Positions 38,454-49,400 of a DNA stretch of 64,000 bases are shown here, one piece after another. Numbering within the stretch: position 1 is the stretch's first letter; each line of letters opens with the position of its first letter. Under the pieces are notes generated by a model that ran no database searches, was not told the DNA's origin, and worked only from the letters and a program-made list of their open reading frames with translations. Position numbers and translations under genes: made by a program. The stretch is from Promethearchaeota archaeon (GTDB taxonomy: Archaea > Asgardarchaeota > Lokiarchaeia > Sigyniarchaeales > SOKP01). The stretch is taken from NCBI GenBank assembly GCA_048937405.1, contig JBHLNF010000003.1:224001-288000 (forward strand). Reading direction: 5' to 3'.

Positions 38454-39542
38454 ATGTCTGTCGAATATGGTGGGCAGTTTTTTAAAGTTATTAATAAAAA
38501 AAGTTCGCTAATTCTTGATTTAAGTAATCAAGGAATAAGAGATATATCTGAAATTAAGGGGCTTGATAATCTTGTAAATTTAAGATATCTTAATCTTAAT
38601 AAAAATCAAATTACTGAAATTAAGGGTCTCGATAATCTAAGGATATTAGAGACTTTATCACTAGAAAACAATAATATTTCCGAGATTAAAGGTCTTGATA
38701 ATTTAAATTTATTACAGCATCTGTTACTCAATGGAAATAATATTACTGAGATTAAAGGTCTTGGTAATCTTTCAAGTTTAAAGAGAATTGAACTACAAGA
38801 TAATCCAGTTAGGGCTTCTGCAAAAGAGATGTTTGGAAGATATTGGTCAAATCCACAACCTATGGTAAAATATTGTCAACAAAAGGTTCCAGAGATTAGA
38901 GAACATGAAAAAGTTAAAAAATCAAAAGAAGAAACAATTCAATACCTCAAAAATTTACCATCTATATATGAGGAAATAACATTTGAAGAAATTAGCTTAA
39001 AAACAGGCTATAGTAAAAGAGAACTTAAGGCTTTAACTGAAGATTTAATTTTAAAAGGAGATATACCAGGGTCAATTAGAGAAAATATTATAATATTTAA
39101 GAAAGAATTATTAACGGAAGCTCTGCAAGAAGAAACTATTCCCATAGAAAAACAAAGTAAAAAAATTTTTGTAAGTTATGCTACAAAAGACGCGGAATTA
39201 TTCAAAATAAAGGAAATCGCAAAAGGTCTTAGAATTTATGATGAGATAGAGGAGGTTCTTTATTATGAAGCAGAATCATATGATAATTTTGTTAAATATA
39301 TGAACGATAATCTCGGTAGATGTGATGTGGTACTCCTATTTTGCTCTCCAAATTCATTAGAATCTGGACCAGTTGAAAAAGAGTGGACTGCTGCGGATGC
39401 AATGAACAAACCTATTATTCCAGTATTTATAAGAGCGGATCATATTCCTCCACTTTTAAAATCAAGGTTAGGTGTTGAATTTGATACTTTTAATATGGAA
39501 AAAAATATTGAAGAGATTTATAGGATAATAATGAAAAGATGA
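38454..39542 (+). CDS. LRR - PCI-like winged helix - TIR protein
   Basis: 4-5 SDS22-type LRRs; SIYEEITFEEISLKTGY...DLILKGDIPGSI; TIR IFVSYA...LFCSPNSLESGPVEKEW...IIPVF. Confidence 0.85.
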   Translation: MSVEYGGQFFKVINKKSSLILDLSNQGIRDISEIKGLDNLVNLRYLNLNKNQITEIKGLDNLRILETLSLENNNISEIKGLDNLNLLQHLLLNGNNITEIKGLGNLSSLKRIELQDNPVRASAKEMFGRYWSNPQPMVKYCQQKVPEIREHEKVKKSKEETIQYLKNLPSIYEEITFEEISLKTGYSKRELKALTEDLILKGDIPGSIRENIIIFKKELLTEALQEETIPIEKQSKKIFVSYATKDAELFKIKEIAKGLRIYDEIEEVLYYEAESYDNFVKYMNDNLGRCDVVLLFCSPNSLESGPVEKEWTAADAMNKPIIPVFIRADHIPPLLKSRLGVEFDTFNMEKNIEEIYRIIMKR

Positions 39543-39689
39543 GTAATTTCAGTAAAATTACAAGTAAGATTTTCAAAATCTTTTTAGAGATAGTTATTCT
39601 TAATTTCTAATGTTATTATTCTTATAATAATACTATTAGAATAAAGAGAAAAAAAAACCTAAAGGATTAAAAAAGATAGTAGAATAACT

Positions 39690-39899
39690 TTATTCTTTTC
39701 TAATCATAATAATTAATATAATAATTATTAACACTTCAAAAATGATACCGAATGTAAGCATTATAGCGAAAACTAGTTCAATGTCAACGTTTGGGTTTTC
39801 TGGATCAACAAGAGCGGGATTAATTATAAACGCCAAAAAATTAAAGATTGCAATAATGACTAAAAGTATAACAATAATTTTATCTGGTTTTTTCCACAT
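39690..39899 (-). CDS. small 2-TM membrane protein
   Basis: 69-aa ORF with two hydrophobic helices; GTGAT-type RBS upstream. Confidence 0.55.
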   Translation of the reverse strand: MWKKPDKIIVILLVIIAIFNFLAFIINPALVDPENPNVDIELVFAIMLTFGIIFEVLIIIILIIMIRKE

Positions 39900-40051
39900 T
39901 TTAAATCACAACCTAATTTGCTTATATAATTAATATTGAATTTGCAAATTATTTACTTTATCAATATAGAATTTTATTTAAAAGTTCCCAAAATTGTCTA
40001 TTTTTATACTAGATATTTCTTTAAGTTTTGATTGTATTCTTATTTTTTTGG

Positions 40052-41260
40052 TTAATTTAGCAAGATTTTCAAGATTCTGAGAATAAATTTTGGATTTTTC
40101 ATAATAAATTTGAAAAAGAAAGAAATTACGAAAGGTACTTTTAGTAGTTGATAGAGGATAGCTTTTGGAAAGTCCATATCTCCATATAAAGAAATTTTAT
40201 TTTCAATTTTAGCAGATTTTATTATTTGAAGCAATTTTTCAAAATCATCATTTGTAAATTTTTCCAATACAGACCGAATTAAATAATGGATTTTTAATTC
40301 TCTTCCTATAATGGATCTACATGGATTTTCATAATATTTTTGAATAATCTTTTTTGAGAATTTACTATATTTAAAGCATTTTTTAACACAGCTTGTCGCA
40401 TACTTTGCTGCAATTAATAGCATTACAATTCCACCTCCTGTACTAGCTTTAACTTGACACGCAGAATCACCTAACAATAAAATGTTATCAAATGAGAGTT
40501 TATTCATTAAACCATAAGGTATAAGCCCTCCTTGCTGATCGATTTTTTGACGAGAATTAATATTAATTCTTTTTAGAAAAACCTGAAAGTTCTTTGCAAT
40601 GTTTTTTGAACATGCCAAACCAATACGATAGATTTTTCTTCCTTCAGGAACAATCCAACCAAATAATTCTTTCCATCTTTTATCAAAAAACATTGTAGCT
40701 TCATTTTCATCAAATTGCGCTTCGATACGAATTTGAGTAGCAAATAAATTCCTATTCTTTATACCTAGCAATCCTGCTACTGACGACAAAGGTCCATCAC
40801 ACCCAATAAGCATATTAACTTTAATCTTTCTCTTTGAAGTTTCGACGAGTATATATTTTTGCTGAGCATCCTTTATATATTTGAAATTTTTGAATTTTTC
40901 TCCAAGCAAATATAATATATTTTCGTTCAGTTTTACTTTATTATAGAATAAACGATCAAAAGCTATTCTATCGATAATATATGGTTTTTCATTTCCTGAT
41001 AATTTAATATAAGTTCCTGTTGGACCAATAATTTTGGCAGTTTTTACTTGATTCAATATGATTTCATGAGGTAAATTAACTAATTTACTTAATTTTTGAG
41101 AAACTATCCCTGCGCATTGAAAAGGCATTCCAATCTCTTCATGTTCTTCAATAACTATAATTTTCAAATCTGTATTAGATAGTAAATAGCATAAATAGTT
41201 TCCGGCTAAACTTGCTCCAATGATAGCTAAATCGAATTTCTCTATGTTTTGAATCATCAA
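40052..41260 (-). CDS. geranylgeranyl reductase family flavoprotein
   Basis: EEHEEIGMPFQCAG, GCDG, FGWIVP, LLGDSACQVKASTGGGI. Confidence 0.85.
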   Translation of the reverse strand: MMIQNIEKFDLAIIGASLAGNYLCYLLSNTDLKIIVIEEHEEIGMPFQCAGIVSQKLSKLVNLPHEIILNQVKTAKIIGPTGTYIKLSGNEKPYIIDRIAFDRLFYNKVKLNENILYLLGEKFKNFKYIKDAQQKYILVETSKRKIKVNMLIGCDGPLSSVAGLLGIKNRNLFATQIRIEAQFDENEATMFFDKRWKELFGWIVPEGRKIYRIGLACSKNIAKNFQVFLKRININSRQKIDQQGGLIPYGLMNKLSFDNILLLGDSACQVKASTGGGIVMLLIAAKYATSCVKKCFKYSKFSKKIIQKYYENPCRSIIGRELKIHYLIRSVLEKFTNDDFEKLLQIIKSAKIENKISLYGDMDFPKAILYQLLKVPFVISFFFKFIMKNPKFILRILKILLN

Positions 41261-41413
41261 AAGAAATAAGTAATGTAAAAATTAGAATTTTATCAATTAA
41301 GCATTATATACAATAAATATTTAGTAATATAATATTAGATTGTAATTTTATGAATGTTGAGTCCTTAAAGATAAATTTAGATTGTTAGAAAAATAGATTT
41401 GACTAGTTAAAAC

Positions 41414-42439
41414 CTAGAATTTTAAGTATTTTTTTTCGTTTTTTGGGATTGAACGTAATCCTAAAGAGAGCATCATTCCATATACAACTGCTAAAGTAAT
41501 ATTCCTAAAAAGAGGATGACTATCATAAGGTAAATCAATTCGAGGTATAAAAACTGGAAGAATCTTTTCAACAATGTATTTAGTTTCAGGTTTCTCATTG
41601 TGATATTTTATAATGAGCGATTTAAATTTCTTCATAAGATTTTTATGTTCTAAAAGGATTTCATGAACATTCTTTTGTCCATTAATAATACCGAAATGGC
41701 CAAAACCTGCCATTAAAGGATTAAGTTTAAGAATATTTTCTAATGTGTTCATATAATCTTCATGATTATAATAGACAGGCATAGATGCAGGCATAGTTAA
41801 TAATTTAGAACTATGATAAAGTGTTCCTACTGCTTCTCCTAAAAATATAAAATCAATTAAATTATCTTTAATAAAGATTGGAGTTTGATGATCTGGAGTA
41901 TGACCAGGAGTTTTTAATATTGCTAATTTTATTTCTGATCCATTGATAGTAAATTTATCAATAATATCTAATATATTCGGATTAGAACCAAAATTTAAAC
42001 TTGGATCAATAATTTTAAATGCCTCATCTTCTATAGGTTTCATTTCACCAACAAAATTTCCATATGTACTTCTTCCACGATTCAAATGGTACTCAAAATC
42101 ATTTAAAAGTGCTTTAGTTTTTAAATTGGTGAGAATTTTTACATCTGGATTGTACTTTTTAATTTCCTCATATAATTTCCACATTCCACCATTATGATCG
42201 AAATGATGGTGAGAAGGTATCAAATACTTAAATGATGATAAAGAAATATGACTTTTTTTGAAGAATCTTAGTCCTTTTTCAACATCTAAAGATGATCCAC
42301 AATCAAGTAAAACAGAATAGTTATCAAATTCTCCTAAAAACACAGATAACATCCTGTTAGCCCCATAGGCTTTCATATCTATGTGATAGAGATATTCATT
42401 AACTTTTCCTGATCTAAGAATTCTGGTTTCTTTCTCCAT
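41414..42439 (-). CDS. MBL-fold metallohydrolase
   Basis: SHHHFDHNGG, TPGHTPDH, FGHFG. Confidence 0.88.
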   Translation of the reverse strand: MEKETRILRSGKVNEYLYHIDMKAYGANRMLSVFLGEFDNYSVLLDCGSSLDVEKGLRFFKKSHISLSSFKYLIPSHHHFDHNGGMWKLYEEIKKYNPDVKILTNLKTKALLNDFEYHLNRGRSTYGNFVGEMKPIEDEAFKIIDPSLNFGSNPNILDIIDKFTINGSEIKLAILKTPGHTPDHQTPIFIKDNLIDFIFLGEAVGTLYHSSKLLTMPASMPVYYNHEDYMNTLENILKLNPLMAGFGHFGIINGQKNVHEILLEHKNLMKKFKSLIIKYHNEKPETKYIVEKILPVFIPRIDLPYDSHPLFRNITLAVVYGMMLSLGLRSIPKNEKKYLKF

Positions 42440-42535
42440 CTTTAAAGGAATAAAAATAATAGTTAAAAGTAATTTTTTATTAGAAATCCATAGTAATAAA
42501 TTCTTTATCTAATTTATTAGAAAAAAAGGAATTTT

Positions 42536-44728
42536 TTAAAGATTTAATTTTTGTTTCCATATTTTCATAGATAATTTTAATTCTTCTCTTTCTGGTCGAC
42601 TTAAGATTTCAGGATTGCTTTTAAGTTCAGTGCTAGTAGAATGAATACTTTTCAATATACTACTATAACCTTCCAATTTAACAAATTCATTTTGAAATCT
42701 TTCTAATGCTAATGAGATTTCTGTACCGGTCATATTATCCATATTGTTAACAATTTCATCAAATTTATTTGATAAAATTACCGCCTTAGGTGCTTCAGTT
42801 GTGTCTTTTTCTTCAGGAGGAGTAACACCTTCTTTAGGGGGAATAGTAATTGCTGGTGTCGATACAAAAGGTTCTTCTTTTAATGGTTCTTCCAAACCAG
42901 GTTTTTTTATAGTTCGAATGATTTCTTTTCGAGCTCCTACCCAAGCATCTTCAAGTATGGGGACAAAAATTTTGATATGCTCCTCAATTATACTCCCAAT
43001 TCCAGCAATTTCTGTCACATCTTCTCCTCGAAATTCTGTTTTTGAAAGCACACAAAGGATAACTTCTTCATAGTCTTTATTAATCCCCCATAAATTTTGT
43101 AAAGCTCGATTTCTATAATCAACGTTATCCATCTTATCCATTTCTTGCATAATTTGATTATGTTCATAACTTGTCGTATCTATATATGTAGCAATTCTGA
43201 AGTTTATTCGGGATGGTCTGGCTTTAATTGCTTCAATATCAATATCAGAAAGATTTGGTGCTACTATTAAAACTCGCATCTTGGCTTTTAATATTTCCTC
43301 AGTTATGTGAGCTTTCGCACTTTCTGGAGAACGAATAAACCAGATATCTTTCATAGTGAAACCCCTCTTACCTTTAGCTTGATCCCAAAATTCTCTAGTG
43401 GTTATTTCGCTGACTTCTAACCTTCTCAAAATATCCGATAGTGTATTATCTAGTGTATCCACAATTCCTTTTGAGAAAATATCTCTAATATTACCAAATG
43501 ATTGAAATATACCTCCAGAAAGGCCATCAATTCTTTCTTCAGCTAACTTTACTGCTTTATTAAAATTATCAGAAATTTCTCCAAAAACTTTCTCTTTATC
43601 TTCCCCTGATTTAGCAGTTATACTTTCGACATTTTTAACCGCATCTGTTAATGAGTCTTTCATTTTTGCTATAATTTCTGTATTAATTCCTTCTGTTGCT
43701 TTTTTTAACTCATCAGCGAAAACTGTTTGACTTACACTCAATTGAACGTTAAGATTATCGGTAATATCTTTTAAACGATTTTCAATAACTTTATCAATTA
43801 CATCACCTACAGCTTGTTGAATTACTCCTAAACGTAATTTCTGTAAATTATCCGTTACTGTTTTTTTAATATCCCCAAATTGATTTTTTAGATCAGCAAC
43901 TTGATTTCTGATTATTTGAGATGTTTTCGTATTAAGATTTTCAAATTGTTTTGTTAAAGAGCTAATTTGATCATCTGGGAGAGTTTTAGAAAGATCTCCT
44001 AACTGAGAAATATCTTCAGTTATATTTCTTATTTGATCGATTGCTGAAATAGTATCATCAAATTCTTTTTGTTGAGCGTGGATTTGAGAGAGCATTTTTT
44101 CCTTTAAATCTGACATTATCTCAGTAGAATCTTTAACTTTTTCCATATCTTGTGCTTCTGTTTCAAGTTGAGCAAAGGATTTTTCTAACTGCTTAGGTAT
44201 AGTGGATTTTATATCTGAGATATATGAATAAAAATTCTTTAATTGTGCTATTAGAGCCGCGTATGGAGGTAAAGCTTGATAGTGAGGAGTTGCACCAATA
44301 ATTTCCTTGAATAACCCTTTTTCAAGAAATTTATCTGCAATTTTTTTACATTCTTCTTTAGGTTTGTTAATGAGAATCGCCATTTCTCCAATAGAAACTG
44401 CCTCTCGTCCAGTGGTTCGAAAATATAGCTCAATTTCTTCATCTGAAAGATCTATTTCACTTAAAACTTGTCTGGTTAACTCTTTTGAATATTCAACTTG
44501 CTCTTCCTTTTCTATAACATCTTTTATTTCAAAATTCTCAACTTCTAAATATTGATTTATAAAGACTGTTAATTTATGAGGTGGCTCACCATGAACATCC
44601 TCTTTTTTAATTGGAAACTTTTTTATATCTCTGTATTGATCAACCGAAATTGGAAATTTGATTTCTTTTAAACAGATTTTACATGTAACTGCAACATCAA
44701 CTACATCTTTATCTTTAAATAAGTACAT
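42536..44728 (-). CDS. TrmB-like regulator with N-terminal CxxC/HxxxxH module and a long coiled-coil insertion
   Basis: CKIC...HGEPPH; HTH LSDEEIELY...FLEKGLF...YQALPP; about 290-aa helical region; DIWFIRS...AKMRVLIVAP effector-type domain. Confidence 0.6.
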   Translation of the reverse strand: MYLFKDKDVVDVAVTCKICLKEIKFPISVDQYRDIKKFPIKKEDVHGEPPHKLTVFINQYLEVENFEIKDVIEKEEQVEYSKELTRQVLSEIDLSDEEIELYFRTTGREAVSIGEMAILINKPKEECKKIADKFLEKGLFKEIIGATPHYQALPPYAALIAQLKNFYSYISDIKSTIPKQLEKSFAQLETEAQDMEKVKDSTEIMSDLKEKMLSQIHAQQKEFDDTISAIDQIRNITEDISQLGDLSKTLPDDQISSLTKQFENLNTKTSQIIRNQVADLKNQFGDIKKTVTDNLQKLRLGVIQQAVGDVIDKVIENRLKDITDNLNVQLSVSQTVFADELKKATEGINTEIIAKMKDSLTDAVKNVESITAKSGEDKEKVFGEISDNFNKAVKLAEERIDGLSGGIFQSFGNIRDIFSKGIVDTLDNTLSDILRRLEVSEITTREFWDQAKGKRGFTMKDIWFIRSPESAKAHITEEILKAKMRVLIVAPNLSDIDIEAIKARPSRINFRIATYIDTTSYEHNQIMQEMDKMDNVDYRNRALQNLWGINKDYEEVILCVLSKTEFRGEDVTEIAGIGSIIEEHIKIFVPILEDAWVGARKEIIRTIKKPGLEEPLKEEPFVSTPAITIPPKEGVTPPEEKDTTEAPKAVILSNKFDEIVNNMDNMTGTEISLALERFQNEFVKLEGYSSILKSIHSTSTELKSNPEILSRPEREELKLSMKIWKQKLNL

Positions 44729-44761
44729 TTTTTATAATCATCTCTTGCTAATTTATTTATT

Positions 44762-46015
44762 TTAAAATTCAACTTTTTCAGGATAGGTTATTTCTAGCAA
44801 ACTTAATGCTTTTTTTGCAATTTCATATGTAATATCGCCATCAGTTTCTTGACTTTTATATGCTGCTCTTATTTTAGGAAGTAAATATTCTGGAAATATT
44901 ATTAAAGGTTTTATATCTGTTAATAGACAAATCCATTTTCTATCATTCTTATCTATAACTTCTGTGATAATATTTAAATTTTTTAAATCCTCTAATAATA
45001 TCTCGGTTACAGCAAACTCTGAGAATATTTTTGGAATTTTATCCAATGGATAATGATTGTGCCTCATTAATACAAAAAAATCATAAACATCAGGATTTAA
45101 AAGAATTGAGGCAATTTTTTTTGTTTCTTCTAATGTTTCTGTATATGGATCGTAATTTGAAAAGAAATCTACAACTTTTTGTCTGTAGAGTGGTAAGAGT
45201 TCATTATTAGTTTCACTAAAATGGTTTAATAAATTTTCATTAGGGATACGACTAAGTATTAAGTCTTTTACAAGAAATAAATATTCTCCTTGGTGAGTAA
45301 TTTGTCCTGTTTTCTTATTTTTCTCTCCTTTTATCCAATCTCTACGAATAATATTCAATTCCAAAAACGGTTGAAGTAAAATGTCAATATTCACATTAGT
45401 ACTCATTTTATCTAAAGTTTTTTTTATTTCCTTTTTTGATGTTGGTGATTCCCGTAATATCTCTAAGATTTTTAATCTCTCAGGACTATTATAGATCAAT
45501 GCTGTTTTTTGAAGTTTATCTAAATTGGATAATCGATCTATTTGAAATATGGTGAATTTTAATTCGTTTTTCAATCTTATATTAATATTTTCAATTAAGG
45601 AGAGTTGTTTTGAGTTTCTCGCTCTTGTTAATTTATCAAAAATAGTATCTAATCGATCTCCCATTGTTTTAATCAAATCTTCAAAAATCGCTATTTCATC
45701 ATCTAATTCAAAGATAGAAATTGCGAGATATTGGGTTCCATCAGCAACCTGCTTAAAATAAGACATTACTTGATATGGTGTTTCTTTTAACCTTCCTTCA
45801 TAATAATTGCTATAACTATATTTTACACTGGAAAGTCCTGTAGTGTGCTGATAAAAAATCGCAAATATGTCATTTTCATCAAGCAATTCTGAAAAATTAT
45901 TTTCATCATACTCATCTTCCCGAAATACTAATTGATTCGGTTCGAATTCTGGTTCTATTTCTCCCGTCTCTTTCTGATTTATTTTGAACTGAAATGCTAA
46001 TATTCCTTGGATCAC
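44762..46015 (-). CDS. hypothetical protein, probable longin-like N-terminus plus winged helices
   Basis: 417-aa ORF; SPERLKILEILRESPTSKKEI...LLQPFLELNIIRRDW winged-helix pattern. Confidence 0.5.
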   Translation of the reverse strand: MIQGILAFQFKINQKETGEIEPEFEPNQLVFREDEYDENNFSELLDENDIFAIFYQHTTGLSSVKYSYSNYYEGRLKETPYQVMSYFKQVADGTQYLAISIFELDDEIAIFEDLIKTMGDRLDTIFDKLTRARNSKQLSLIENINIRLKNELKFTIFQIDRLSNLDKLQKTALIYNSPERLKILEILRESPTSKKEIKKTLDKMSTNVNIDILLQPFLELNIIRRDWIKGEKNKKTGQITHQGEYLFLVKDLILSRIPNENLLNHFSETNNELLPLYRQKVVDFFSNYDPYTETLEETKKIASILLNPDVYDFFVLMRHNHYPLDKIPKIFSEFAVTEILLEDLKNLNIITEVIDKNDRKWICLLTDIKPLIIFPEYLLPKIRAAYKSQETDGDITYEIAKKALSLLEITYPEKVEF

Positions 46016-46481
46016 TTATATCACTTTAAAATGTTGATAAATATATATTTTGAATTAAAATTTTTAAATTCTTTCTTAAGTATTTTTATTATTAATATTT
46101 AATTAAAGTTTATTCAAATTAAATCAGTTTATATATTAGTATTTGGAAATGATTTATTCATTTCCCTAAATGAAAATTATAAGTAAACATAGAAGGAATA
46201 ATTTCTATTTAATTATTAATTATATGTATTATTTCCTTACTAAATTTACAGATAGGACTGAGTTCTTAAAATAGGATTTATAAAGGTTCAAAATCAATTT
46301 AATGACTATTTAGTCCTTGTTTGATTTACCCTTTAATTTATATAATATGATTTCTTAATGAATTTCATATCAGAATAGATTTCAGAATAATTCAAGATCA
46401 AGTGGCAAATTATTTATTAAATAATTTAGTATACTACCTAAATAATAATTTTTTAATTAATAAACCAATGAATACCCAATT

Positions 46482-49400
46482 ATGACATCTAAAATAATTA
46501 AAAGAAAGGATTTTTCAGTTTTTAGTATTATTTGTATGATCATGTTATCATCCTTATTCATTTTATTAATATATACTAATCAGAATATTGATTCATCTTT
46601 TAATGATAAAAATAAAGAATCTGAATATAACAATTTTAGAAATCCTCAAATGTCAACAGCTAAAGAGAATCTTACTGCGATATGGTATAAGAATCCTGGT
46701 TTTGATGATCCAATTGAACCAACATGGTATTCAAAATTTGAAGGTGACCAATCAGATATAAATGCAACTTCTGGTTCTGGTCAAGCAAATTATGAGATTC
46801 TAGGTGAGACGAGAACTTACTCTCGAATAAACGGCACACCAACGTCGACATATTGGAAGAATGTTACAAATCCCGAACGTCCCGCTTTACCTGATTTTAA
46901 TGAAATCGATAATTATGGTTGTCATGTATCTCATACTTGGATAGATCCTGACGATCCTTCTCAGATGGTAAGTGTACATTGGGATAGAAATATTACTTTA
47001 CCAGTTGATATGTCAGATTATTTTATTACCTCAGTTTCATTAAGTGCAGAAGTAAATGCTACAGTTACCACTGTTGGCAGTGGTCCTCTTTATCGAGGTG
47101 GTGTAGACGTTGCTGGTGATAGTATTGATACAGCTAGCCCTGATTTTGCAAAAGAATATGATTATGTAAGGTTTTATGTATTGATTTCAGATTTAGAAAA
47201 AAATGATGTATTTGAAGCGGCTTATAATCAAACAACTAACCTAGGGCAAGACCCAGTTCCAGGTCCGAGTATCCCTAGTATATCAGATACAGTAATTTTT
47301 ACAAGACCAGAAGAAAGTTTAATATCATTTTTAAATACTGTTTTAGAGAATGATCCTAACCATGAATCATTTACATTGTCATTAGGAATGAGAATATTTT
47401 GTGCTGATAATGGACAAGGTGATCGAGATACATGGGACTCGCTTCGATTTAAATCTTGCAATTTTTCATTTACTTATGAGAAAAAGATTGATGAATTTAC
47501 GACTGGATCATGGTGTCAAGATGGAGATAAAATAACTCAGGTCGTTAATGACACATATGTTACTATTAATGATGCGAAATTGAATTTTAAGTATAAAATA
47601 AATGAAGATTGGACCGATTTATCTCCAAACTCAGAAATTAGAATTTATATAAATAACAATAAACTTCCTGAGGTACTTAATCTTAGTAAAGCTACTACAA
47701 GCTTTCAATTAGCTAATAACCTAGGAGGTTTCGATGTATATGATATTATTAACTATGATATTTACCTAAATCTCTCTATTCAAGTTTATCTTGCAGAGAA
47801 TTTTCATTTAGGCACTAAGAAGATTATATCGATAGATGATGTTTATTTGAATATTTCCTATACAGTTGAATTTCCCGAATATCAAACAGATATTGAAGTA
47901 TATTTTAATAATAACAATATAACAGCCAATCCTATATTCGAAATATCAGCTAAGACAGACCTAAATATCACAATTAAATATCCTGATGAATTTGGGATTC
48001 ATATTCCTCAAGCAGTTGTAAATTTAATTGGAAATTTAACAGCTACCTTAATTGAGGATGATCTCCGAGGACAATATACAATTATTCTCAATACTGAAGA
48101 TTTACCTATAGGACAAATATACTTTAATATGTTAGCACACAGAATAAACTATGAAGCTCAACAGCTTGGTGCCCTATTAATTATTTCTAAAATAGAGACA
48201 GAAAAGATACAGTTATTTATAGATGGCGAAGAAAAGACAACTTTACCATCTGTGGACGTTCCTCTGCAAAAGTCATTAAATATAACAGTTAAATATAAAG
48301 ATACCATAGGAGATCATGTTCCTGGTGCAACAATTCAATTAGTTGGCGATGGAGTATTTGAAAATTTAGATGAATCTTTAGAATTTGAGCAATATTCAAT
48401 AATACTTAATACAACATTGAAGTTTAGATTAGGTCTTAATGATTTATCAATCAATGCTCAAAAAGATAGATATGAGGAACAAAGTGCATATCCAAAAATT
48501 ACGGTACGAAAGATCAATACCCTAATTACACCCGTTTCTGGCTCCAATAATATAAATATTAAGCCAGGACAGAATGCGGATATTAGTGTAATTATTAATG
48601 ATGCAGACTTTAATGAAACCATTAAAGGAGCAATAGTTACTTATACTTGGGAATTTGGAAATGGTATTTTAACTGATGATAATAATGATGGTATATATGA
48701 GGAAATTTTAGAAAATGTACCTTCTGGTACGCATTCAGTTAATATTACCGTTTATAAAAGCGATATTTATAATTTTGAAAGTTATGAATTCATAATCTAT
48801 GCTTTGAGACCAAAACAGGATTTACTTCTTTTCCAAATATTATTGATAATAGGTATTATAGTTTCAATAGGAATAGGAGGTTATCTTTATGCATATCAAA
48901 AAGTATTAAAATATCCTAAACAAGTCAGAAAAGTTCGTAAGTATCGAAAAACCCTAAATAAAAAACATGCACCTAATATTAGTATAAATGACCGTGAAAA
49001 AAGTTTTAATTCTGAGTATAAACAAGAAGTAAAAAATTCATCAAAATTTATAAGAGGTAAACCTTCAATTAAAAAACCTGAAGAAAGTGGAAAACAAAAA
49101 AAAAAATCGGAAAAATCTGACATAAAGCTAGGATCTAAAAATGAGGTCGACTCAAATATAAAAATGAGTGATGTAAATCTCAATAACCAAAAATCATATC
49201 ATAGAAAAACTTTAAAAAGGCTAAGAAAATTAAAGTTTGGAATTCTTAAATTAAAAAAATTCCAAAAATTCATGTCAATTTTAATAATAACAATTTTACT
49301 ATTCAATTTTCTTATTGTTAGTCATTATCTCTACCAAAATTCAAAAAATTCATTCTATTCCCAAAAAGATGATTTTAAAGATAATCTTGGTATATCAGGA

